Positions 44,691 through 52,840 of a stretch of DNA of 52,840 bases are shown here, piece after piece. Numbering within the stretch: the first letter of the stretch is position 1; the number at the start of each line of letters is the position of its first letter. A program made the translations under genes and the position numbers. The stretch comes from a virus (Duplodnaviria; Caudoviricetes), in IMG/VR virus record IMGVR_UViG_3300037499_000174, positions 1 to 52,840 of that record, one strand, 5' to 3'. The notes beneath the pieces were generated by a model that saw only the letters and a program-made list of their open reading frames with translations, was not told where the DNA came from and did no database searches.

Positions 44691-45031
44691 GACCCGGCCT
44701 CCTTCGAGTCGGCCCGCCGGCTCGCCTCCCACTCGATACACGCCACCGCGGTCATGCCGTTGACGGCCACGCCCGGCGCGGCCCCTTTAGCCAGCCGCAG
44801 CGCGATGTCCAGGTCGAAGCGGTGCGCCTCCAGCCAGTCGTCCTCACGGTTCGACGGGCTGGGCTCGTAGTCCCACTCACCTTCGGCATTCAGGCATCGC
44901 CCCAGCCAGCAGACTCCCCACCGGCCGGGGTGGCGCTCCTCTACGGTGATGTCGTAGTGGCCACGGTTGATGCTGCCCTCGGGCAGTACCGAGACGGTGT
45001 ATCGGGTGGCCCCCACCCGCGGCTCAGCCAT
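44687..45031 (-). CDS. Hypothetical protein
   Basis: GEWDYEPSPSNREDDWLEAHRFD; coupled. Confidence 0.65.
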   Translation of the reverse strand: MAEPRVGATRYTVSVLPEGSINRGHYDITVEERHPGRWGVCWLGRCLNAEGEWDYEPSPSNREDDWLEAHRFDLDIALRLAKGAAPGVAVNGMTAVACIEWEASRRADSKEAGS

Positions 45032-45368
45032 GGCGGGGCTCCGTCCCGTTGGCGGCGATCTCCCGGTCCAGCGCGACCAGCTCGGCCGCGGTCCGCGCCC
45101 GCCGCTGCGCGAGCGTCTCCGCCGGCATGCCGCACATCAGGTTGAGGGTGACCTGCCCGCCGGCGAGGGTGCCGGTGGCGACGTGGATGTCCACCCCGTG
45201 GCCGTGTGAGCGGATGCCGGTGGGGATGCCGGCGGCGCGGGCCGCCGCGTCCACGAGCTCGGGGTGGCCGGCCGCGTAGTGGAGGGTGATGGAGGCCGCG
45301 TCCGGCCGGTACTCGTCCAGCAGCCGGCCGAGGATGAGCCCGGTGGTGGCGATCAGCTGGCCGCTCAT
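45024..45368 (-). CDS. Hypothetical protein
   Basis: ATGA coupling. Confidence 0.55.
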   Translation of the reverse strand: MSGQLIATTGLILGRLLDEYRPDAASITLHYAAGHPELVDAAARAAGIPTGIRSHGHGVDIHVATGTLAGGQVTLNLMCGMPAETLAQRRARTAAELVALDREIAANGTEPRHG

Positions 45369-45658
45369 CGGACGGCCCTGACCAGCCGGGAGTGGGCGAC
45401 GGTGATGCGCACCAGCCGCATCATGTCGCTGATGCCGGGCGCGGCCAGGGCGGCTCCGACGGCGAGAGCGAACTCCCGGTGGTGGTCGAGCAGGTCGGCC
45501 GGGGTCCACTGGCCGGCCTGGGACCGGGGGTCGCCGGCGCGGCTGCCCAGCGGCTCACCTGAGGGCTGTGGGTTGCGCGCGGGTCCGACCTCCGGCGGTG
45601 GTAGCTTGGCCGGCCCCGGGGACTGGCCACCCACCGGCTCCCGCTCCGGGCCGCTCAC
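45365..45658 (-). CDS. Hypothetical protein
   Basis: GTGA coupling. Confidence 0.5.
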   Translation of the reverse strand: MSGPEREPVGGQSPGPAKLPPPEVGPARNPQPSGEPLGSRAGDPRSQAGQWTPADLLDHHREFALAVGAALAAPGISDMMRLVRITVAHSRLVRAVR

Positions 45659-45900
45659 CGAATGTCCTCGGTGAGCTGGGCGTGGGCGACGACTATGCGT
45701 GCGAGCCGGGCCATGTCGTCCAGGTCGGTTACGGTGAGCGCGGCCTCGACGGAGTCGGCGAACTCCTGGTAGTGGGTGAGCAGGTAGGCCGAGGTCGACA
45801 GCCGGATGTCCGGGTTGGCGTCGAGCCAGTCGGCCAGCTCACGCAGCCCGCGGGTGAACGCGGCTCGGCCCGGTTCGGTGCTAGCCTGTGCGTGGTTCAT
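45655..45900 (-). CDS. Hypothetical protein
   Basis: AAAGGA RBS; GLRELADWLDANPD. Confidence 0.65.
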   Translation of the reverse strand: MNHAQASTEPGRAAFTRGLRELADWLDANPDIRLSTSAYLLTHYQEFADSVEAALTVTDLDDMARLARIVVAHAQLTEDIR

Positions 45901-46684
45901 GAGGTTTCCTTTCGGTGGAGTGCTGGCCCCGCCCTCGGGCGGGGCTGGTGTGTGTCTGGTGGCGGCCGTCAGCGGCTGCGGCAGCGGCCGCCACCAGAGA
46001 GCCGACCCGCCCGGGCTGGGCTGTGACCCGGGCGGGGGTCAGCTGCTCGCCGATGAACTGGGTGTAGGCCGGCGGGATGGCCTCGCTCAACTCGTCGCGG
46101 TTCATCCACTCGATCCCCATCGCCCGCCGACCTCGGTCGGTACCGACGTGCTGCCGCTGTATACGGTTACCGCCGCCCTTCGCCTTACCGACGACCCGAC
46201 CCCGGGTGAGGACGGTGTGCCCGAACACGAGCAGCCAGTCGCCGCGGTGGTCACCGCACGGCGGGGCGAGCATGAACACGTTGGACTCGAACAGGCGGTG
46301 TCGGCGGACGTTCAGCCCGAACGACAGGCCACACAGCATCATCGGGGCCAGTAGCGGTGCGCCGGGCACGTTCTCGATGACGTACGGCAGGCCGGTCGCC
46401 TGAAGCGCGGCGCGGGTCGGTTCGATGAGGTCCGGGTGGTCCTCACGCCCGTGGATGTTGTTCGCAACGCTGTACGCCTGGCAGGGAGGCGATGCGTGTA
46501 CGGCGTCGTACTCCCGGCCGTGTACGGCCAGGTACTCCAGCGCGTCCCCGAGCACGAACTCGTCCCCGGCGAACCGGGGCTGGGGTCGGTTGTCGACGCC
46601 GGTGACGTGGAACCCGGCGAGCTGGTATCCGCGTGAGCTGCCTCCAGCACCGCAAAAGGCGTCTAACAATCTTGGCCTGTTCAT
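45881..46684 (-). CDS. Short C5 cytosine DNA methyltransferase
   Basis: LLDAFCGAGG (motif I), SPPCQ (IV), IENV (VI), EAIPP (X). Confidence 0.9.
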   Translation of the reverse strand: MNRPRLLDAFCGAGGSSRGYQLAGFHVTGVDNRPQPRFAGDEFVLGDALEYLAVHGREYDAVHASPPCQAYSVANNIHGREDHPDLIEPTRAALQATGLPYVIENVPGAPLLAPMMLCGLSFGLNVRRHRLFESNVFMLAPPCGDHRGDWLLVFGHTVLTRGRVVGKAKGGGNRIQRQHVGTDRGRRAMGIEWMNRDELSEAIPPAYTQFIGEQLTPARVTAQPGRVGSLVAAAAAAADGRHQTHTSPARGRGQHSTERKPHEPRTG

Positions 46685-47121
46685 GTCGCACCTCGCACGG
46701 CCGCCCGGCCGGTCGCGTAGACCACGCGGCCGCGGCGGGCGGGCAGCTGGGTGCCGCCAGTGCGATGCCGGCCGGCGGCAGACCCCCGGGGGAAGGGGGA
46801 GCCCACCACCGGCCGGCCGTCCCACCCGGCTACAACCCGGGTGGGAGTGTGGGCGGCGCCCGCCCCCGCACCCCAACCAGGGGCGGGCGCCGCAACCCCG
46901 GCTGCTACCGCGACACCTGACGCGGGAGCCTGGGGGGCCACCCGGCGGACGTGAGCCGGGTGGGGTATCAGTAGCTGGGTGGTGATGAAGGCGGCGCCGA
47001 GTACCGGGATGGGGCCGGCAACCAGCAGCAGCCACAGCCCGAGGGTGGTGCCGGCGATGGCGCCGCCGATGGCCAGGGTGGTGGGGTGGGTGGCCCACAC
47101 GGCCAGGTGACGGCGGATCAC
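46681..47121 (-). CDS. Membrane protein
   Basis: Two N-terminal TMs. Confidence 0.5.
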   Translation of the reverse strand: MIRRHLAVWATHPTTLAIGGAIAGTTLGLWLLLVAGPIPVLGAAFITTQLLIPHPAHVRRVAPQAPASGVAVAAGVAAPAPGWGAGAGAAHTPTRVVAGWDGRPVVGSPFPRGSAAGRHRTGGTQLPARRGRVVYATGRAAVRGAT

Positions 47122-47423
47122 GGCAGACCGCCAAGCTCTTCACGGATGTACCGGTGGACCGCGGCCCGCCAGAACGGCCGCCGAAGATGCTGCGGGAGAT
47201 GCTCGGCTAGCTCTTCGGCCGTGATGGTCTCCGTGCCGAGTTGGTGCTTGATCCGGCGGATGTTGCACTCCAGGCAGGCTGAGACATGCTCCGGGTAGTT
47301 GTGCTGACGGTTGCAGCAGCAGCAGCTCCGTTCCTGGTTGCCGTCGTGGTCACCGACCGGGTGACCGCAGCCGGCCGCGCTACGGGTGCTCTTGCAGATA
47401 ACGGGCATTGTGTCCTGGGCCAT
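47118..47423 (-). CDS. Cys-rich hypothetical protein
   Basis: CGH...H...CCCC...CLEC. Confidence 0.6.
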   Translation of the reverse strand: MAQDTMPVICKSTRSAAGCGHPVGDHDGNQERSCCCCNRQHNYPEHVSACLECNIRRIKHQLGTETITAEELAEHLPQHLRRPFWRAAVHRYIREELGGLP

Positions 47424-47425
47424 GG

Positions 47426-47542
47426 TCACCACCCCGTCACGTGGATGATGACCAGCGCCACCGCCACGACCGCGCCGCACCACAGGGTCAGTACGGCCCA
47501 GCCGCGCAGGTGCCGGGCCAGCGTCGGGTCCCGGCGGATCAC
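47426..47542 (-). CDS. 38-aa TM peptide
   Basis: Manual translation MIRRDPTLARHLRGWAVLTLWCGAVVAVALVIIHVTGW*. Confidence 0.5.
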   Translation of the reverse strand: MIRRDPTLARHLRGWAVLTLWCGAVVAVALVIIHVTGW

Positions 47543-47805
47543 TGGGTCACCTGCCGCCCGGCCAGGTGGGCATCCAGCCAGTCACGGACCCGGCAGTCGG
47601 CCAACGCGGCCCAGCCGGCCACGACGGGCCAGCGCCAGGTGGCCGGCATGTGGCCGGCAGGGCCACGCTCGAACGTGATCGTCTCGTCCGGGTGGCCGGG
47701 CATGACCGACCGGACCGTAGCCCACCGGTCGGTGATGCCGTCCACGGTCAGCGTGGACACGGTGCCGTCTGGCATGGCGATGGTCAGCGGCTCCCGGCGG
47801 ATCAT
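47539..47805 (-). CDS. Hypothetical protein
   Basis: ATGA coupling. Confidence 0.55.
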   Translation of the reverse strand: MIRREPLTIAMPDGTVSTLTVDGITDRWATVRSVMPGHPDETITFERGPAGHMPATWRWPVVAGWAALADCRVRDWLDAHLAGRQVTQ

Positions 47806-48083
47806 GACCCACCGCCGGTGGTGGTGGCGGCCGGGGGCTCGTCCATCTCCGCCCAGAAGCCAATCAGCGTCGGCGCGAGGATGTAGCCGCCGCCGGTGTG
47901 GGCATGGACGACCGCGCACACGGCGGCATACTCGGCTGTGTGCCAGCTAACGGGCTGATCACCGGCGGGGTGGGCGTACCAGCCGCCATCGTGGGGCAAA
48001 ATGTGGCCGATCCCGATGCCGCCCAACCGGACATCCTGGCCACCGTCGGAACGGTCGATGCTCACGATCTCCTGCATGCTCAC
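47802..48083 (-). CDS. Hypothetical protein
   Basis: GAGG RBS; coupled. Confidence 0.6.
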   Translation of the reverse strand: MSMQEIVSIDRSDGGQDVRLGGIGIGHILPHDGGWYAHPAGDQPVSWHTAEYAAVCAVVHAHTGGGYILAPTLIGFWAEMDEPPAATTTGGGS

Positions 48084-48319
48084 GTCGGTTCCTCTCCGGT
48101 GGTGGCCGGGTCGATGCCGACGATGACGGTGACAGTGGCCAGCCCACCGCCGGCGTACAGCGGATGCCCGTCGGGGTCGCGGCGGGTCCGGGTGACCTGT
48201 AGCCAGCCGCCGTCCCGGTTGACGCGGATGGTCAGGTCGAGCAGGTCGGCCGGGTCGACCCCCCAGCCGAGCAAGGCGGCGGTGAGGGCAGTGTGGGGGA
48301 TGGCAATCGGGTCGCTCAT
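48080..48319 (-). CDS. Hypothetical protein
   Basis: AAGGAG RBS. Confidence 0.6.
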   Translation of the reverse strand: MSDPIAIPHTALTAALLGWGVDPADLLDLTIRVNRDGGWLQVTRTRRDPDGHPLYAGGGLATVTVIVGIDPATTGEEPT

Positions 48320-49071
48320 CGCTTCTCCTTGGTGGTGGGGTGGTTGAGCCGGCGGATCAGTTCGGCCGCCGGGGTCAGGTGGCCGCTGAACGCGTTGGTC
48401 TCGTGGGCGCCGAGCCGGTCGGGGCGGGGGTCGTGCCGGTCGGGCTGCTGGCCGCCGCGGTGCCGCAGCAGCAGCCACGGCAGCATCAGCAGCGCCAGCG
48501 CACAGCCGCTCACGGCTGGTCACCCCCGAGCACGCCGGTGCAGATGAGTACGGCCAGCACCGCGGCGCCCAGCAGCCAGAGCACCGCGGACACCGCTGAC
48601 CGCTTGTGGACCCGGGGCCGCTCGCTGTGGGCACGGCGGCGGACGGCGGCCTTCTGGGCGCGGGTGAGCCGGCCGGAGCGGACGTGCTTGCGGCCGTCCT
48701 CGTACCCGTTGAGGAACCCGTGGCGGCTCATCGGGTCACCGCCGGCTGCTCCGAGCCGGGGCACCAGCTGTGACCCGAGATGCGCAGGAAGTGGGCCGGC
48801 AGCATGGTTCCGGCGGCGACCAGCCGCAGCAGCTGCTGGCACACCGGGCAGCGGGCGGTGGGCTCGCCGAGCAGCCGGGCGATCTGAGCCACCGCCGCGT
48901 CGCGCACGCGCACCCCGGACCGCTGGCTGCTCACCGGGCACCGGTCCCGCAGTAGCGGCACACGTGGTGCCCCCGGTGGTCCACGTTCAGGCCGCAGCGG
49001 TGCTGCCGGTACGTGTCATCGATCCGGGTGGGCTGGTCGGACGGCCAGGCCTTCTCGCAGGTCTCGCTCAC
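48316..49071 (-). CDS. Run of four small coupled ORFs (48316-48513, 48510-48731, 48728-48934, 48931-49071)
   Basis: Consecutive RTGA overlaps; TM or Cys/His motifs. Confidence 0.5.
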
Positions 49072-49352
49072 CGGGTCACCGCCTGACGCTGCCGTACGAT
49101 CTTTGACCGCTCGTCCGCGGTCTTCCCACCCCACATGCCGAACCGGAAGTACTCCACCTCGGTCCGCAGCGCATACTCCAGGCACTCGGTCCGCACCAGG
49201 CACTGGTCGCAGATCCGCCGCGCCACGGCGTAGTCGCGCTCCGCCCGGCCGGGGCCCGGGAACCACAGCCGGACGGTCACGTCGACATCGGACCGGGCCA
49301 CCAGGAAGGCGCAGAACGCGAAGTCCTGCCAGCCGTCGGCGGGGCGGCTCAC
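49068..49352 (-). CDS. whiB: Second WhiB-family regulator
   Basis: WQDFAFC...WFP...ICDQCLVRTEC...GMWGG...ER. Confidence 0.85.
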   Translation of the reverse strand: MSRPADGWQDFAFCAFLVARSDVDVTVRLWFPGPGRAERDYAVARRICDQCLVRTECLEYALRTEVEYFRFGMWGGKTADERSKIVRQRQAVTR

Positions 49353-49764
49353 TCGGTCACCTCCCTGGGCGCGCCGAGGGGGCCGGCCGTCTCCCAGCCG
49401 CGCCAGGGGAAGCAGCGGCGGCACAGCTCCGCCCGGCGGGCTGCACCGGCGAGCCGCAGCGGCCGGTGGCCGGTGTCGACACCGGTGGCTGAGCACAGGC
49501 CGCGCCAGTCGGTGAACAGCGAACCGTGCTCGTTGGTCCACCGGCGGTACTCGACCACGGCGTGGACGGGGTAGCCGGCGACCGGCGTGGAGGCGCTCAC
49601 GACCCCACCACCTTCGGTGGCCGCAGCATGTGCGCGGGTGTGTCCGGGTCCATGCACCAGCACCCGCAGCCGGGCTCACCACAGGGGTGGTGGTTGTCGA
49701 GGTCCTCCCGGCATTCGGGGCAGGGGACGGTGTCGCCGGTGAGCGGCTGCGGGTCGCGGATCAT
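49349..49764 (-). CDS. Two small Cys-containing ORFs (49349-49600, 49597-49764)
   Basis: RTGA coupling; CxxC motifs. Confidence 0.5.
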
Positions 49765-50063
49765 CGGGTCGCCGCCCATGGCGTCTTGCCTTCAGGCATC
49801 GGCTTGCGCCAGTGCCCCGCAGCGTTGGGCTCGTAGCCGCGCTCCCGCATCTCGGCCTCGGTTCGGCAGCCAGGTACCGGGTTACGGCGCCCGTCGAGGT
49901 GGGCGTCGAAGTTGCCCACGGTCGTGAAGGTCAGGTGGCAGCTACCGCAGTGGGCGATGGCCTCGCCCTGCCAGCGGGTGCCGCACCTGCACTTGCCGAC
50001 GTACAGCTCGTCGACGGTCGTGGGAACTCCGTCGGTCACCGGGAGGTGGATTTCCTCCAGCAT
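49761..50063 (-). CDS. Zn-binding protein (FDxH motif)
   Basis: HCGSCHLTFTTVGNFDAH. Confidence 0.7.
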   Translation of the reverse strand: MLEEIHLPVTDGVPTTVDELYVGKCRCGTRWQGEAIAHCGSCHLTFTTVGNFDAHLDGRRNPVPGCRTEAEMRERGYEPNAAGHWRKPMPEGKTPWAATR

Positions 50064-50788
50064 CAGGCACCCCCCGCCTTTTCCTTCAAGAGCCGGATCT
50101 GCTCGTTCACAAGCTCTTGGGCGGTGGCAAGCTGGTCGGTGTCGAGCAGCTCGCGGAACCTAGCCAGCGCCTCGTTGCGCAGCTTGAGCTTCCGGTCTTC
50201 ACTGCGCAGCCGGTTCACCGTCGCGTGGGGGAGGTTCGTCGCCTTCCACTTCTTGACGGCCTCTTCTACCTGGCTTCCGGTCGGGGTCTCCCCGGCCGCA
50301 AGTTCAACGGCAAGCTCCCATGCCTGCTTGATCGCATCTGGGTATCTGCCATCACCGGCGCGCTGCCAGCCTTCGGTCTCCAGCCCGGCCAGGCGGCGCA
50401 AACTGGCGAGGGGGCGCAAGGTCGCCTCGGTGACGAATTTCTCTGACCACGTGGTCATAGAAATTCCCCGGCTCAGGACCTCTGCCGAACGCAACCGATA
50501 GGTGGTCCGCGGCGCCAGGCCGACCGTCTGCTTGACCCACTTCGCCAAGCGGCTCTTCGACTTCGGGTCTACGGGCCGCCCACGGTGGTGAGTCTTCGTG
50601 ACCGGTGGGAGGTCTTTCACCCATCGGCCGTCCTCATAGATCGATGTCAGGTCGCGGGCGTACTGGAGGCTGTCGGCGTCGGTGATTCGCTCTGCGTCAT
50701 CTAGCCGACGCTTGTACTCGTTCAGGCGGTTGAGCGCAGCTTCGTACTCCTGCTCGGTGAGCAGGGTCGGGGTGTCGGTGGCGGTCAT
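50063..50788 (-). CDS. Hypothetical early protein
   Basis: 241-aa ORF from ATG50788; TGATG coupling. Confidence 0.65.
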   Translation of the reverse strand: MTATDTPTLLTEQEYEAALNRLNEYKRRLDDAERITDADSLQYARDLTSIYEDGRWVKDLPPVTKTHHRGRPVDPKSKSRLAKWVKQTVGLAPRTTYRLRSAEVLSRGISMTTWSEKFVTEATLRPLASLRRLAGLETEGWQRAGDGRYPDAIKQAWELAVELAAGETPTGSQVEEAVKKWKATNLPHATVNRLRSEDRKLKLRNEALARFRELLDTDQLATAQELVNEQIRLLKEKAGGA

Positions 50789-50967
50789 CAGTGGTTGCTC
50801 CGTCCGTGGACGTGGTTGGTCACGCCGATGCCGGTCGCGGTGACGGTGGAGCGTCTGAGCTGCTTTCCCGCCTCGGGTGGGGTGACCTGGACGTTGAGGT
50901 TGTCGACGACGACGGTCACGACCACGCTGCACAGCGGGCAGGGGAAGGTGAGGCTGTTCTCGCTCAT
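50788..50967 (-). CDS. Small CxxC protein
   Basis: Manual translation MSENSLTFPCPLCSVVV...; coupled on both sides. Confidence 0.5.
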   Translation of the reverse strand: MSENSLTFPCPLCSVVVTVVVDNLNVQVTPPEAGKQLRRSTVTATGIGVTNHVHGRSNH

Positions 50968-51200
50968 CGCGCGTCACCTGCCGGCTGGTCCTCGGGCAGG
51001 AACCGGCTCACCGGCACGCCCAACGCGGTGGCGATCTCTTGCAGGTCGGTGACGCCCAGCCGCGTGTTCCCGCTGAGCAGGTGCTGGGTTCGCATCCGAC
51101 CCCAGCCGATCCGCCGAGCCAGCTCGCGCCGCGACAGGCCCTGTTCTTTGAGCACATCAAGGATGGCTGCGAGCACTGGCTCTGCGCTGCGATCCGTCAT
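50964..51200 (-). CDS. Cro-like XRE HTH protein
   Basis: GLSRRELARRIGW...DLQEIATALGVPVSRFL; divergent from the repressor. Confidence 0.85.
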   Translation of the reverse strand: MTDRSAEPVLAAILDVLKEQGLSRRELARRIGWGRMRTQHLLSGNTRLGVTDLQEIATALGVPVSRFLPEDQPAGDAR

Positions 51201-51210
51201 AAGCGCAGCT

Positions 51211-51329
51211 TGGCACAAGTCTTGTGCGCACGCAAGCGAGTCACGCGGCACGAACCTAGAACCACCCGAACGGATGACTGTGCCGTCAGCTAGTCAGTCT
51301 TGACGGTGGCACAGATACCGTGCCAACCT
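51211..51329. promoter_or_regulatory. Immunity switch region: two GCAC-N7-GTGC operators and a leaderless repressor promoter
   Basis: TGGCACAAGTCTTGTGC (51211) and TGGCACAGATACCGTGCCA (51307); TTGACG (51300)-N18-CAACCT-N6-ATG. Confidence 0.65.
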
Positions 51330-51335
51330 AACGGT

Positions 51336-51794
51336 ATGAGTGACGTTGAGACGCTAAACGCGTACGTCGCGGGGGAGCTTCGAGCCACGCTCGCACGACG
51401 GCGGATGACCGCCCGCGAGCTGGCGGAGAAGATCGGCGTGAAGCGAATGTGGGTCCAGTACCGGCTCGCCGAGACCACGAAGATTGACCTAGACGATCTG
51501 GAGCGCATCGCCGACGCCCTGGACGTCAAGGTCGCCGAGCTGCTGCCGCTGGATGACCAGCCGGCCGAGCGGGTTCTCACCCGCCGCCGCAGGCTAACGG
51601 GAAGCTATCCCATCGCTACCACACCGACCAGCCCCGAGCAGCCGAACGGCCACCACATCCGCCCATCCGGACGGGCCGCCGGCTCCCCCGGAAGCATGAG
51701 CCGCGTACCCGCACCGACCACCGCCAGCATCGGCCGCCCGGCCCGACTCTCCCACCCGGCAGCCCCGGCGCTACCGGCAGCCACCAGCCGATAA
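51336..51794 (+). CDS. Immunity repressor (XRE HTH) with long disordered C-terminal tail
   Basis: MTARELAEKIGV...DLDDLERIADALDVKVAELLP. Confidence 0.85.
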   Translation: MSDVETLNAYVAGELRATLARRRMTARELAEKIGVKRMWVQYRLAETTKIDLDDLERIADALDVKVAELLPLDDQPAERVLTRRRRLTGSYPIATTPTSPEQPNGHHIRPSGRAAGSPGSMSRVPAPTTASIGRPARLSHPAAPALPAATSR

Positions 51795-51800
51795 CCCCAG

Positions 51801-52595
51801 ATGACCCCCGACCTTGACATCCTCGAGGATTACCTCGCCCACCTCGCCCGCATCGGCCGCTCCCCGAAGACGGTCCGCACCTACGGCACCGCCCTACGGG
51901 CCGCCCACCGGGAACTGCCCTGCGGGGTGCCCACCGCCACCGCCGCCGAGATCACGGCCTGGCTTGGCCGGTACGGCAGCGCGGCCACCCGCCACACCTA
52001 CCACGCGGCGATCCGCGGGCTCACCTCGTGGGCGGTGGCCGTGGGGCACATCAGCCGGGACGAGGGTGCGCTGGTCCCCCGCCCCCGGGTCCGCCCCGGC
52101 CTGCCCAACCCGTGCTCGGACGCCGAGCTCGCGGTCATCCTCGCCCGGGCACCCGAGCCGTACCGGCTGTGGTCGACCATCGCCGCGTACGCCGGCGCGA
52201 GGTGCATTGAGATCACCCGCCTCCGGCGTGAGCACGTCGACCCCAACCGGGTGACGCTACACGGCAAGGGCGACAAGCTCCGGCGGGTGCCCACCCACCC
52301 GCTGGTCTGGGCCGCGGTCGAGAACCTGCCGGCCGGCCCGGTGGCACCCGGGCGGGACCCGTGGCGCGACCACGTCTCCGCCGAGCTCCGCCGCTGCTAC
52401 CTCGGGCTGGGGGTGGACGTGACCGCGCACATGTTGAGGCACTGGTACGGCACCAGCCTGGTGGCCTCCGGCGCCGGGTTGGAGGAGGTGCGGGAGCTGA
52501 TGGGCCACGCCAGCATCTCGACCACGTTGGGCTATGTGCGGGTGGCGTCGCCCCGGCTGGCGGCGGCGGTCGGGCGGCTGCCGACGCTGGTCTGA
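51801..52595 (+). CDS. int: Tyrosine integrase (short, no apparent arm-binding domain)
   Basis: YAGARCIE, HGKGDK, HMLRH, LMGHASISTTLGY catalytic residues. Confidence 0.92.
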   Translation: MTPDLDILEDYLAHLARIGRSPKTVRTYGTALRAAHRELPCGVPTATAAEITAWLGRYGSAATRHTYHAAIRGLTSWAVAVGHISRDEGALVPRPRVRPGLPNPCSDAELAVILARAPEPYRLWSTIAAYAGARCIEITRLRREHVDPNRVTLHGKGDKLRRVPTHPLVWAAVENLPAGPVAPGRDPWRDHVSAELRRCYLGLGVDVTAHMLRHWYGTSLVASGAGLEEVRELMGHASISTTLGYVRVASPRLAAAVGRLPTLV

Positions 52596-52640
52596 TAGCG
52601 GGATTCACCCAAACGGGTGATACTGTCTAGCCTGTCAGAC

Positions 52641-52669
52641 TTGACGCTAGCGCTTATTGGCGCTAGGCT
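52641..52669 (+). promoter_or_regulatory. Leaderless promoter TTGACG-N17-TAGGCT with embedded operator palindrome
   Basis: ATG 6 nt after the -10; CTAGCGC-N6-GCGCTAG at 52647-52666. Confidence 0.75.
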
Positions 52670-52675
52670 TAACGT

Positions 52676-52840
52676 ATGACACAGGCCAGCAAGGTAGAGA
52701 TGGCCCCCGGGATCGCCGCCTACCGCAACCGCTTCCGCCACGTCCTGACCCTGAGGTGGGTCCGGGACAACGGCGAGCAGGTCGCCCGCCACGGCCAGAT
52801 CGTCGGCTGGGTCGCGGACCCGGACACCGGCGAGCAGTGG
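52676..52840 (+). CDS. 5' part of junction-spanning protein (continues to 325)
   Basis: MTQASKVEMAPGIAAYRNRF... is in frame with 1..325. Confidence 0.75.
   Translation, partial: MTQASKVEMAPGIAAYRNRFRHVLTLRWVRDNGEQVARHGQIVGWVADPDTGEQW
52714..52840. repeat. Terminal direct repeat identical to 1-127
   Basis: Exact match. Confidence 0.92.

Noticed and set aside
51250-51265. CCTAGAAC in the immunity region matches concatenated NNs of array 2 (CC TA GA AC)
   Set aside because: It is only 8 nt and does not extend with regular spacing, so it is expected by chance. I found no self-target by eye, but the search was not exhaustive.
1-52840. tRNA genes, reverse transcriptase/DGR or transposase
   Set aside because: I recognised no cloverleaf, RT or DDE transposase motifs by eye. 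tRNAscan and HMM searches would be needed to exclude them fully.

Overview
This window looks like a complete, circularly assembled genome of a temperate siphovirus of a high-GC actinobacterium. Positions 1-127 are identical to 52714-52840, and one ORF runs across that junction. The minus strand carries, in order, early and replication genes (Cro, two WhiB, a C5 and an N4/N6 DNA methyltransferase, exonuclease plus ERF, Hjc-type resolvase, initiator with an internal ori candidate). These are followed by HNH-terS-terL-portal-protease-HK97-type capsid, head-tail genes, tail tube, frameshifted chaperones, tape measure, tail tip proteins and a lysis cassette. The repressor and a tyrosine integrase are on the plus strand. 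The most unusual element is a ~1.45 kb plus-strand cassette (29580-31048) between terL and portal. It holds a promoter, a 22-unit GGY-NN pentamer array, a 190-aa RAMP/Cas7-like protein, a wHTH/coiled-coil partner and a second 27-unit GGY-NN array. It reads as a compact RNA-guided system whose information lies in the variable NN dinucleotides. Other notable items are a ~400-nt highly paired non-coding region, repeated intergenic modules, a PhoD-tail hub fusion, a ClpP plus HK97 double protease and triple hairpins before the capsid gene. All calls come from reading the sequence; no database searches were run.
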